A DNA stretch of 64,000 nt from Zootoca vivipara (taxonomy: Eukaryota). Below, piece after piece: positions 11,121 through 20,664 of this stretch. The position numbers and the translations under genes are program-made. Below the pieces are notes generated by a model, which made no database searches, was not told the DNA's origin, and saw nothing but the letters and a program-made list of their open reading frames with translations. The DNA lies in contig NC_083288.1 of assembly GCF_963506605.1 (NCBI RefSeq), positions 38,068,001 through 38,132,000 on the forward strand, in the 5' to 3' direction. Every line of letters starts with the position of its first letter. Position 1 is the stretch's first letter.

Positions 11121-14100
11121 CTAGCACAAAAGCAATTTCTTTACATATATACCAAGTTGTTCCTTATTAACAGCTTTAGTCAAAGCATCAGCAGGTATTT
11201 CTTTCCCTGGCATATATGAGACTTTTACAACTCCTTTCTGAATGCATTCTCTGGCACGGTGCAATTTGATTAGCAAATGTTTTGTTCTTTGCTTGCACCC
11301 TTCTGAATGGATTAGTTCTATGCAGGCTTTGTTGTCCTGATAAACTTGAACTGGACAACAAATTTTTACTCTCATATCCTCACATAGTTGCAACAACCAC
11401 TCTACATTCATGAGGGAAAAATTTAAAGCGTTGAGTTCTGCTTCACATGAACTCATGCTTATTGTTGCCTGTTTCTTACAAGACCAATCAAATAGGCACT
11501 GATTGTACAAATAACACACACCTGAGGTGCTCTTGCCATCAGTTGTATCACTACCAAAACTGGCATCGGCATAGATCTCAAGACCTCCAGATTTTTGGCT
11601 AGTAAGCTTCAACCTGTAATGCATAGTGCCTTTTAAATACCTAACTATGCGTTTCAGTGCCTTCCAGTCTTGCACTGTAGGTTGATTTACATATCTGCTG
11701 AGCAAATTTACGCTAACAGCAATGTCTGGTCTTGTGCACCTTGCTATAAAACTAAGTTTACCCAAAACACTTCTGAACAATGTAGTGTCAGGAAAAACAT
11801 TAGCATTAGTATCATGTTGGTACCCTGTGACCATGGGGGTGTCTACAGAATTGGCATCTGTCAGATTTAATTTTTCAATCACATCATTGATCTTACGTGA
11901 TTGATGCAGCAAAACATCACCTTGCTTATTTCTCTCTACTTCCAGTGAGAGATAATTGCTGACTTCCCCTAGGTCTTTCATATCAAAATGCTTTTGCAGT
12001 TTTGCAAGAGTGGTTTTGTAAATATTTGCATCCTTCCAGAAAAACAAAATATCATCCACAAAACAAATGCAGTACAATTTGTGCTGGTTAGATTCTTTAA
12101 CAAAAACACAAGAATCAGCCTTTCCTTGCTGGAAACCTAAGGAAAACAGCACTTCTGTCAGCTTAGTGTGCCAGCATCGAGCACTTTGTTTTAGACCATA
12201 CAGGGATTTTTTTAATTTACACACCATTCCCTTTTTTATCTGCACTCCGTCTGGCGGTGACATGTAAATACTCTCATTGAGAATTCCGTACAAAAACGCA
12301 GTATTTACGTCGTGATGAGATATGGTCATGCCCTCTTCTGCAGCAATTTTCATCAACAGCCTAACTGTCTCAAATTTGACTGTCGGTGAATATGTCTCAT
12401 GATAGTCCTGATCAGGAACTTGAGAAAAACCACGTGCAACTAATCTGGCTTTATATCTGACCACTTTACCAGTCTGATCAGTCTTGGTTTTGTAAATCCA
12501 CCTGCTGTCTACAAGTTTCATGCCTGGTTCTACTGGAACCAATTCCCACGTGTCATTTTGCTTTAGGGAATTCAATTCAGCTTTCATGGCATTAAGCCAA
12601 GGTTCGGCATCTTTTTCAGGTAAATTTTGAACCTCTTTGTAGTTAGTTGGTTCAAAAACTGAGTTTGGATTGCTAGTGGCAGCCATATCTGAAATAGCAG
12701 CTTTAGCAAATTCTTTAGAAAATCGTTTAGGTGCTTGTCCCTTGGTAGTTCTCTCAGATCTACGCAATACTCTGGGATCCTCTGGGTCTGGTTCCTCCTC
12801 CTTGGGAGAATGGTGACCTGTATCTGGCAAAGATTCTACCTCTAGATCAGTGTCAGACCCATCTGATTTCTTAAAAGAGGTCTTTTCATTCTGATCATCT
12901 GTATCAGTGTCAGAATCTGTGCTACCATCAGCATCAATTACAGGTTTTGCCTCTTTGTTAATTGGTTTCACCACCTCATCATCTGAAATGGGATGACATT
13001 GAAAAATGCCAACTTTGTCCCATTTTGGATTACAATCCATGCTTCTGGTCAGCCTAATTGTGTTTGTGTCTGTCATCAGCACACGATAAGAACCTTTTTC
13101 ATAACCTAGAAAAATGCCATGTTGACCAGATTTGCTCAGTTTGTCACCTTGCAGAGTGTGCACCCAAACTTCAGAACCGAAAATTTTTAAATGTTTTACA
13201 AACGGTTTCCTTTTGAACAGCATTTCGTATGGGGTGCAATCAATGGCTGATTGATACCTGCGGTTGTAAATATAGGTGAAACACGATAGAGCTTCAGCCC
13301 AGAAGGGGTTGGGTAGGCCTGAATCATGCAACAGAGTTTTAATTCCTTGTTGCAAGGTCTGGTTTACTCTTTCACATAAACCATTCTGCCATGGAGATCT
13401 GGGCGTGGCAGTCATGTGCTCTATGCTCTGTTCTGCAGTAAAGTTTTCAAACTGTTCTGAACAAAATTCTCCACCCCTGTCAGTGAAGAGACAACGTACA
13501 TGCTCATCGTGAACATTCCTGAGCCATGCACAAAATTTTTGAAACTTAGAGAAGGCTTCAGACTTCTTTTGTAACATATAGACCCAAACATATCTAGAAT
13601 AGGCATCTATCAGAACCAAAAAATAACATGAGTTTCCTCTAGAGAGCGCTAGAGGTCCAACCAAGTCTGCATGCACAATCTCATAAGGTTTCTTAACCTC
13701 CCTCCCAGATTTTGTACCTTTGGGAGCTTGCTTAATTTTGTTCTCTGCACATGAGACACATTTCATATGATAAGGACACTTTTGAACTTTCATGCCCTCA
13801 ACCATATTTTGCATTTTACCTACTGCCTGGAAATGCAAATGACCAAACAAACGATGATAATCATGAATACAATGGTTATGCAATTTCTCATTCTTATCTA
13901 CTGATATATTACAGCACGCCTTTTCAGTTTCTTTAGTTGCTCCAGCAGCTGTACCTGTAACAAAAGGCAATACATATAAACCATCAACACACTTAGCATA
14001 AAGAATGAGTTTGTTGTCTCGAAGAATTTCACACCGAGAGTTTGCAAACACCACTTTAAATCCTTGAGCGTCTAGCTGAGAAACACTCAAGAGATTATCC

Positions 14101-15125
14101 TGCAAATGAGGAGCATACATAACATTTTTAACTGTTGCATTAAGGCTCTGCAAAGAAACCGTTCCCTGAGCCAAACTTTTAATAGTCGTTCCATCCGCTT
14201 GATGAATTGCTCCTCCCTGTTTCTCAAGATGAAGAAAGAGATTTTTATCATTGGCCACGTGCCTTGTGGCTCCTGAGTCGACAACAAAAACAGAACGTGT
14301 GAGTTGATTAGAACTGCGTGAAATCAAAGCCTTTGATGCAGCTGGCCCTTGGGGTTTTCGGCCTCCTCCCCCTTTGCCTTTGAAGTTGCCCTTCTTCTTT
14401 GAAGAGTTTTTACACTGATTTTTAAAATGGCCGACCTCTCCGCAAGAAAAACAGCGGCGCATTTTAAGAGCTTTTGCAACACTTTCACTTTCCCCTGTTG
14501 AAGGCTTGTAGGCATTTCCAACAGCCTTGTCCCTGCTTTCTCTAGCAGTCTGTCTGCGATCCCACTCATTCAAGAGCACGCTAGACACATAATCTTCTGT
14601 TAGACGGTCATTGGGCAAAGACGACAATTGAGCAGCTACAGCATCATAAGATTCATCCAAACTGTTTATGATAAGCATTGCAAAAACAGCTTCTGAAATA
14701 TTTAAGTCTCGCTGGACAAGATCCTGTCTGAGACGTTTTAATTGGGCTAGATGGCTGGGCAAATCACCATCTTTCTGCAATTCCAGCCTACACAGCTTTT
14801 TAAAGAAAAGCACACTGGATCCTGCATTTTGTCTTAGATGCATATCTCGAAGTTTATTCCAAACAGCCCGTGCAGTCTGCTGGTTCTCCAAGTTGACCAA
14901 CAACTGGTCCTGGACACTCAGAATAATTGTCCCCCTGGCTCTCATGTCTGCCTCATGCCACGCTGGCCATCCATCATCATCCTCATTAGGGGGGTCATCT
15001 TCTATAATATGGTAAAGCTTTTCCCTTTGTAAAAGTGCTTTCATTTTGACCTGCCATGTAGGATAGGTCTCTGGTGTAAGGAGAGGAAAAGATAGAGACA
15101 TCTGGCCAGAATGTGCAGAAGCCAT
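11121..15125 (-). CDS. Copia Gag-Pol polyprotein (gag, CCHC knuckle, protease, integrase, RT, RNase H), 1334 aa
   Basis: CFSCGEVGHFKNQC zinc knuckle; VVDSGAT protease; HRLFGH...CVSC; integrase HADLVGP / FTDRGGEF / QNGLCER; RT YKARLVARGFSQ and FVDD; RNase H YADASF / CEAEL / YQDN / ADALTK. No stops or frameshifts. Confidence 0.97.
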   Translation of the reverse strand: MASAHSGQMSLSFPLLTPETYPTWQVKMKALLQREKLYHIIEDDPPNEDDDGWPAWHEADMRARGTIILSVQDQLLVNLENQQTARAVWNKLRDMHLRQNAGSSVLFFKKLCRLELQKDGDLPSHLAQLKRLRQDLVQRDLNISEAVFAMLIINSLDESYDAVAAQLSSLPNDRLTEDYVSSVLLNEWDRRQTARESRDKAVGNAYKPSTGESESVAKALKMRRCFSCGEVGHFKNQCKNSSKKKGNFKGKGGGGRKPQGPAASKALISRSSNQLTRSVFVVDSGATRHVANDKNLFLHLEKQGGAIHQADGTTIKSLAQGTVSLQSLNATVKNVMYAPHLQDNLLSVSQLDAQGFKVVFANSRCEILRDNKLILYAKCVDGLYVLPFVTGTAAGATKETEKACCNISVDKNEKLHNHCIHDYHRLFGHLHFQAVGKMQNMVEGMKVQKCPYHMKCVSCAENKIKQAPKGTKSGREVKKPYEIVHADLVGPLALSRGNSCYFLVLIDAYSRYVWVYMLQKKSEAFSKFQKFCAWLRNVHDEHVRCLFTDRGGEFCSEQFENFTAEQSIEHMTATPRSPWQNGLCERVNQTLQQGIKTLLHDSGLPNPFWAEALSCFTYIYNRRYQSAIDCTPYEMLFKRKPFVKHLKIFGSEVWVHTLQGDKLSKSGQHGIFLGYEKGSYRVLMTDTNTIRLTRSMDCNPKWDKVGIFQCHPISDDEVVKPINKEAKPVIDADGSTDSDTDTDDQNEKTSFKKSDGSDTDLEVESLPDTGHHSPKEEEPDPEDPRVLRRSERTTKGQAPKRFSKEFAKAAISDMAATSNPNSVFEPTNYKEVQNLPEKDAEPWLNAMKAELNSLKQNDTWELVPVEPGMKLVDSRWIYKTKTDQTGKVVRYKARLVARGFSQVPDQDYHETYSPTVKFETVRLLMKIAAEEGMTISHHDVNTAFLYGILNESIYMSPPDGVQIKKGMVCKLKKSLYGLKQSARCWHTKLTEVLFSLGFQQGKADSCVFVKESNQHKLYCICFVDDILFFWKDANIYKTTLAKLQKHFDMKDLGEVSNYLSLEVERNKQGDVLLHQSRKINDVIEKLNLTDANSVDTPMVTGYQHDTNANVFPDTTLFRSVLGKLSFIARCTRPDIAVSVNLLSRYVNQPTVQDWKALKRIVRYLKGTMHYRLKLTSQKSGGLEIYADASFGSDTTDGKSTSGVCYLYNQCLFDWSCKKQATISMSSCEAELNALNFSLMNVEWLLQLCEDMRVKICCPVQVYQDNKACIELIHSEGCKQRTKHLLIKLHRARECIQKGVVKVSYMPGKEIPADALTKAVNKEQLGIYVKKLLLC

Positions 15126-15436
15126 GCCTGTGTTTAGTTAACAGCAAGACACTTCCCTTCATGCACCCCAAATACTCTTGACTCTCTCAGCAACTTCTCT
15201 CCCCACTCAGCACAATTAACAGGCAAACTGGAAAAGCGTCTCTGCTGTCTTCCTGGCAGCCAGCAACATACCTTTTCTGTAAATCAAACAGCAGCTTGAA
15301 AAACAGCTTCAGCTCACAGCTCAACTCCGATGTGCAGCATCAGATGGAAATGGATCAGAAACATCCAATTATCCAACCATCAATAGCCATCTGCAACCAT
15401 CAGCCTGCTACCAGCAACCATCCGCCTGCTACCATA

Positions 15437-15828
15437 TGTGGGTAAATGCCAGGATCTGTCCAGGTCTTCTTAGGCCCCTATGCCTGGGCAGGACGTCTGG
15501 AACACCTTCAGCATACACCCGGGAATCATGGACTCATAACTGGGCTTTATGAGCACCAAATCAGCAGTGAACAGCAGAAGCATTTGTAGAGGTTTCAAAA
15601 CATTCCTCATTTATTTCTATTAACTACTGCATATTTACAGATCTGGCTTTGTGAGTGTTACAGCCTCTCACTTAGCCATCTTGTCTACAGAAGATATTAA
15701 ACTGCACACAGCAGAGAGCAGAGAGCAGAGTCAGGAATGAAAAACAACAAAGTAACAATTCCTAACTGTTCCCTCCCAACAGCAGATATCACCAGATTTT
15801 CAGAATGGGAGGGGTGAAAATGCTCACA
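15437..15828 (-). repeat. 5' LTR of the Copia element
   Basis: 392 bp. By eye it differs from the other LTR at only 2 positions, within a CACAG/CAGAG repeat. Confidence 0.97.
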
Positions 15829-17599
15829 GCAAGTACACTCTTGGTGGTCTTCAAAGCCTGTTTATGCAGCAACAATTCTACACATTTGATTGTTGCCCAC
15901 CATTTTCTAATGTGGGTTGTACATTTCCAGCACTTGTAACAGGGGAAGTGGCCTTCAGTGGTGAGGGAGAGGATTGTCTCCAGTGGTAGCTGTACTCAGA
16001 ACAGACCCAATGAACTGAATGGACAATCTTAGGTTCAATAAGTTCAGGTCTCCTTTAGAGTAGAACTTAGCTGGATACAACCCAGAGACTCTCTTGAGCA
16101 ACCTCTGTGCTCTAGTGCTAAGCTTAGGTGAGTTCTGCTACAAATTCAATCCTGGCGACACTAAGAAAGACTGCTGCCTACAGAAGCAAAGGAAATGCAA
16201 CAAATCCGCTTTTTACTTTGAAGTGGAGGAACATGCTACAGTTTTTGTTTAAAGACATTTTGTTAAAATGATCCCACTAACTGTTCAATGTTGTAGTTGT
16301 GGCAAATGGTACGTAATAGTCAAAAGCTGCTTTCCGCACATTCTGTGTGTCTGCACAATATTGCATTGTGAAAGAAAGGATCTGCAGAACATGTTTGCAA
16401 CCAAAGTACACTGGTTACTGCTTTGCACTATCGCTTCAGAAGTCTCCCCTTGAAGACCATCCCTAGCAATTAGCAAGCAGGGCATTAAGCACAATGACCA
16501 TCATCATGAATGCATTTATTCTGTGTTTGGCTTCCCTCTCAATTGAAAAAATATACTTTCCTAGAAAAATCTTATACAGTATATGGAAGGACAAGTGTTT
16601 TTGTTGTTTCCTCAGTGATTTACAGTATTTATTTTTAAGAGCAGGAGCGAACCATGAGTACGGGTGCTTCCTCTCTCTTCTCATGTGCCCCAATAGGAGA
16701 GGAAGATTCCCAGTTTCTTAAATCAGCTTCACTTGACATCTGAACTGAGATACAGTGGTTTCAATGTTACTGACATTTCTGGTTTGCAAGCCAAGATAAA
16801 ACCATATCTGCCCAGATATGGAAAGTGGGAGTTATCAGATGCATTCAGTCAGTCATATCTTATTAGTAATATCTTATTAGACTTATTAGGCTGAAAAAAT
16901 GCACAAGCCCCTTCACTTTCCCCTGAAAGCTGCAATTAAACCAGTTAAGCCTAACCATAGGTTTTGGCCAAACCTAAGGTTATAATACATCCAGAATTTC
17001 CCAGACATACCGGAATACTGCAGTCAGAAGCCGGACATATGGCAATCCATGTCAGCAGTGTTGATTTCCCTTAAAAATAGCCAATTTTGCCAAAAAAAGC
17101 TCAACAACTTTAGTGTTTTCACTTTTTGAAAAATGGCAACCCTACCAAAGCAGGAAATTATGATTAGAAGATTCCTGGTTTTAGTGAGTACAAAAGTCTT
17201 GTTCGTATCTTAGCTTAATAAGACTGTCTAAACTGTTTCATTATGTGGATCCATGGTTACTGGTTCATATAAATCTCATGTCAGCCTTGAAATCCATGTG
17301 TCTCATCTTAAAAATTCCTGGGTGTCCAGGTATATAAATCCCCTTTAAGAAAAACTGTTCACTCTTCTATTTTACACCATCATTGGTTCAAGTCCCACCC
17401 TATGCTTTTACCATAGCAATTACCATCTATTAGAAAATATAGCAGCAGACCACTCAAAATCATAGCCTTTTTATTTGACATGTAGAAAGCTACCATATAG
17501 TAGGCTTCAGCAATACAGGGTCTGCATACTACAACCAGGTCATACACACCCGTGAAATTACATGGACAAATGAGCCTGTTTTGTCCCCCCCCCCCATTT

Positions 17600-18955
17600 T
17601 TACACAGGGTTCTTTTCAAAATAGGAGCAATAAGCAGCCCTGATCTGGCAAGCTCTCTTGGTCAGTCCAGCCTCCGACAAGGGCACCCTTGGCCTGGCTG
17701 AAGCATTCTGGCTTTCAGCCACTGTGGGGCTTTCCAACGGCTCCAGCAACTCATCCCCTTTGATCTCGCAGATATTGTGCAGGATACAGCAAGTGGCTAT
17801 GACCACAGGAATAAGCTTCTCCCTCACATCCAGCCTCATCTGCAGGCACCTCCAGCGAGCTCTCAGGACCCCGAAAGCTCTCTCCACGCATGCTCGGCAC
17901 TTGGCAAGCCTCTCGTTGAATTTTTCCTGGGCCCCGGTTTTTGGCGCTGGGTACGGCTTCATGAGCCAGGGGCGAAGCGGATAGGCAGGATCCCCAATTA
18001 TGATAGGGGTCATCAAAACGCCTTCCAGCACCGTTGGAGTCTGTGGCCCAAAAGTGCCTTCATCCATGCTGTTGAAGAACGGAGAGTTGTGCAAGATGCG
18101 GGAGTCGTGGGACCTCTCCGGAAAGCCGACATAGATATCGGTGAACCGGGATTTGCTATCCACCAGGGCCTGCAGCACCATAGAATAGAAACCCTTGCAA
18201 TTAATGTAGGAGTCAGCAGAGAACGGGGGGCAGAGGATGGAGATGTGGATTGCATCGATTGCGCCGAGGCAATTGGGGAAACCCATCTCCTTGAAGCCCT
18301 CAATGATCTCCTGCGGGTCTCCCAGCTTAATGATTTGGGCCAGCAGCCTGCTGTTTATTTCCTCGCACACCTCTTCAAATATCGAGCAGGCTGACGAAAT
18401 CCCCACCCCGAAGAGCTCCGAGACGGTCTTGTAGCTGTCGTGGTGCGCCAGCTTCCAGATAGTCATGGCGACTCTCTTCTCCACGGGGATGTGAGACCGC
18501 ATGCCCGTGTCCCGGCGCTGCAGGGCGGGGCGCAGCTCCTCGGCGATGTACATCAGCGTGGACCGCGACATCCTGAACAAGGAAATCCAGCACTTGTCGT
18601 CCTGCTCGGAGCTGATCATCCGCTCCCACCATTCGCTGCACCTGGGAAGCATCCAGTGGGAGCGCTCAGACAAGGCCATCAGCTCGTGCTCGTAGTGCAG
18701 CGCGGGAGAAGACGAGTACACCATGGTGACCACGGAGACGATGGCGTTCCGGTGAAGCCGCAGCAGGGCTCTCTTGCGGCGGACGCTGGCCGAGAGGATG
18801 CGCCTCAGCACCGCGGCTGACCTGCGGAAGCGCCTCCTCTGCAGAATCCTCGCTATGGCGAATATCACCGTGCGCCTGTTGAGCATCCATTGCTGCACTA
18901 GCAACTGGGAGGTTTGGACGCAGGCAGCAACCAGAGCCACGCACTCCTGCTCCAT
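17600..18955 (-). CDS. PIF/Harbinger transposase-derived nuclease (HARBI1/ALP1-like, DDE_Tnp_4 family), 451 aa, single coding exon
   Basis: Family motifs FRMSR, PVEKRVA, LFGVGISS (HTH), GAID(234)AIH, SMVLQALVD, HDSRI, GD(322)PAYPL, FNERL, VE(358)RAFGVLRARWRCL, CCILHNICE. Candidate acceptors open exons at 19015 or 19129. AATAAA at 17475-17470. Confidence 0.92.
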   Translation of the reverse strand: MEQECVALVAACVQTSQLLVQQWMLNRRTVIFAIARILQRRRFRRSAAVLRRILSASVRRKRALLRLHRNAIVSVVTMVYSSSPALHYEHELMALSERSHWMLPRCSEWWERMISSEQDDKCWISLFRMSRSTLMYIAEELRPALQRRDTGMRSHIPVEKRVAMTIWKLAHHDSYKTVSELFGVGISSACSIFEEVCEEINSRLLAQIIKLGDPQEIIEGFKEMGFPNCLGAIDAIHISILCPPFSADSYINCKGFYSMVLQALVDSKSRFTDIYVGFPERSHDSRILHNSPFFNSMDEGTFGPQTPTVLEGVLMTPIIIGDPAYPLRPWLMKPYPAPKTGAQEKFNERLAKCRACVERAFGVLRARWRCLQMRLDVREKLIPVVIATCCILHNICEIKGDELLEPLESPTVAESQNASARPRVPLSEAGLTKRACQIRAAYCSYFEKNPV

Positions 18956-20528
18956 TTATCCAGCCACTCTTGAATGAAGCTTGCAGAAGGCTCAGGAGGA
19001 AGTGGCGTGAAGGTGCTACGAGGAAAAACCTTCCCCTTGCTACACCCTTAGCCAAGGCAGGGATGATGTCGCCGGGCAGGAACGAGACATCACCAGTCCT
19101 TGTGCTTCAGCCGGAAAGGTGCTGTTGAGCTGGAGGGCAATATATTGTAACTGAATCATATTTGCATTTCAACCGTGAAGGCCTTTTTTTAAACAGCAAA
19201 ACAGACTGAGCATAAGAAAATTATTCCACCACACTTGGGAAAGGTCCAATCTCTGCCCATTCTACATTTCAAAATTCTTAAAGGTTTCAGAGTTGCCTAT
19301 GGCTCGGTTCTGTCTTCCCCATCCCAGCTTCCCTCCAGCACCTATAAACAGTCTTCCAGCTGACCACCCCTCAATCACACTGCTATATTACTCCCATAGT
19401 GTTCGTCTTACATCAACCCACACCCACCTCCAGTAACTGCCTGCTCTCTGAAGCTAGGACTTTATCTCAAAACTGGTCAACCACCTGATATCTGATTTGT
19501 AACGTAATTGGCTTCAGAGGTTCAGCATCCCTGCTTGTTTCAGGTGTGATCAGCCCAACAGGAGTTACTCAGCAGTGATGGGAAAGCGCTCTATGCATGC
19601 TCAGAGGCAATTAGGTTGAGTCTTGAAAATCAGGTTCTGAGGTAAATCCTGTGAGATTTAAAATCGTGCCACTTTTCCAGAGCTCCACCTCTGCTCAAGT
19701 TAGTGAGACAGCTATACTTTATTTCCCCCCAAAATTCCATTTGAACCATGACTACAGCAAAATGAACAGTTTTAAATCCTCTTTTCTGTGAAACGAGCAG
19801 AATGCTAATGTGTTCTCAATGGTTAAAGCTCAGGGAATCAGAGCAGTTCTGTTGGCCTACTGACCCAAATAATTCAGTTCGGTTGCTCTTCCACCATCCC
19901 TAGCAAAACACCCAGAAGTCATTTAATGCCCAGCTTTGACTTGCTACAAAAACAAGGAAGAACATTGGGAACTGATCTACATGTTCTCTGCTACAATAAC
20001 TCCCCCACTCCCCCTTCCACACAGAATATTGATTTTTCTCATGCAACACAGTTTTCTGTGTGTCCTCAGTACATTAGGGCTGCAACCCTGCGCATCCTTG
20101 TTTGGAAGCAAATCACACTGAACTCAGTGGTACTTACTTTTAAATAATAACATGGTTAGGGCCCTTCATTTAATCTGATCATCATCTCATACTCAGTTGC
20201 CAAAGACAATGAAGAGAAGAGAGAACAGTGACTGGGCATAGGGAAGAGGCGAAGGGTGGCCAAGATAGTGGCATGGAAAAACAGATAGTCTGGAGACAGA
20301 AAGTGGTTTGGTTTAAACTCTAACGAAGGATCTACTGGGAAGTTCCTTATCCATCCCATCTGTCCCTATTTTCCAGGCGTGGCCCTGCCTTTGGGGATTT
20401 GTTACCAAAATCATGTTAGCAATCACATACTAGAGCTCTCATTCTCCAGCATTCATCTCTCTCTCACACACACGCTAGAAGTTGAATCTATCTATAAGTG
20501 TGCTTCACTTCAAGTGCACCTACGTGTG

Positions 20529-20664
20529 CAGGCACCCCCAAACTCGGCCCTCCAGATGTTTTGGGACTACAATTCCCACCATCCCTGACCACTGGTCCTG
20601 TTAGCTAGGGAAGATGGGAGTTGTAGTCCCAAAACGGCTGGAGGGCCGAGTTTCGGGGTGCCTC
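20529..20664. mobile_element. Palindromic hAT MITE copy
   Basis: Same family as 4700-4837. TSD TACGTGTG/CACGTGTG (1 mismatch). Confidence 0.8.

Larger units (their letters stand above)
10695..15828 (-). mobile_element. Full-length Ty1/Copia LTR retrotransposon
   Basis: Two 392-bp TG...CA LTRs (10695-11086, 15437-15828), exact 5-bp TSD GCAAG, PBS next to the 5' LTR (15414-15434), PPT GAAAAGGGGGAGG at ~11088-11100, and one intact gag-pol ORF in Copia domain order. Confidence 0.98.

Noticed and set aside
17600-18955. Naming the Harbinger ORF HARBI1
   Set aside because: Length, long N-terminus, single coding exon and synteny do not fit the HARBI1 ortholog; it resembles reptile Harbinger transposases instead.
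17658-19055. Overlapping alternative-frame and antisense ORFs
   Set aside because: Shadows of the GC-rich Harbinger coding sequence.
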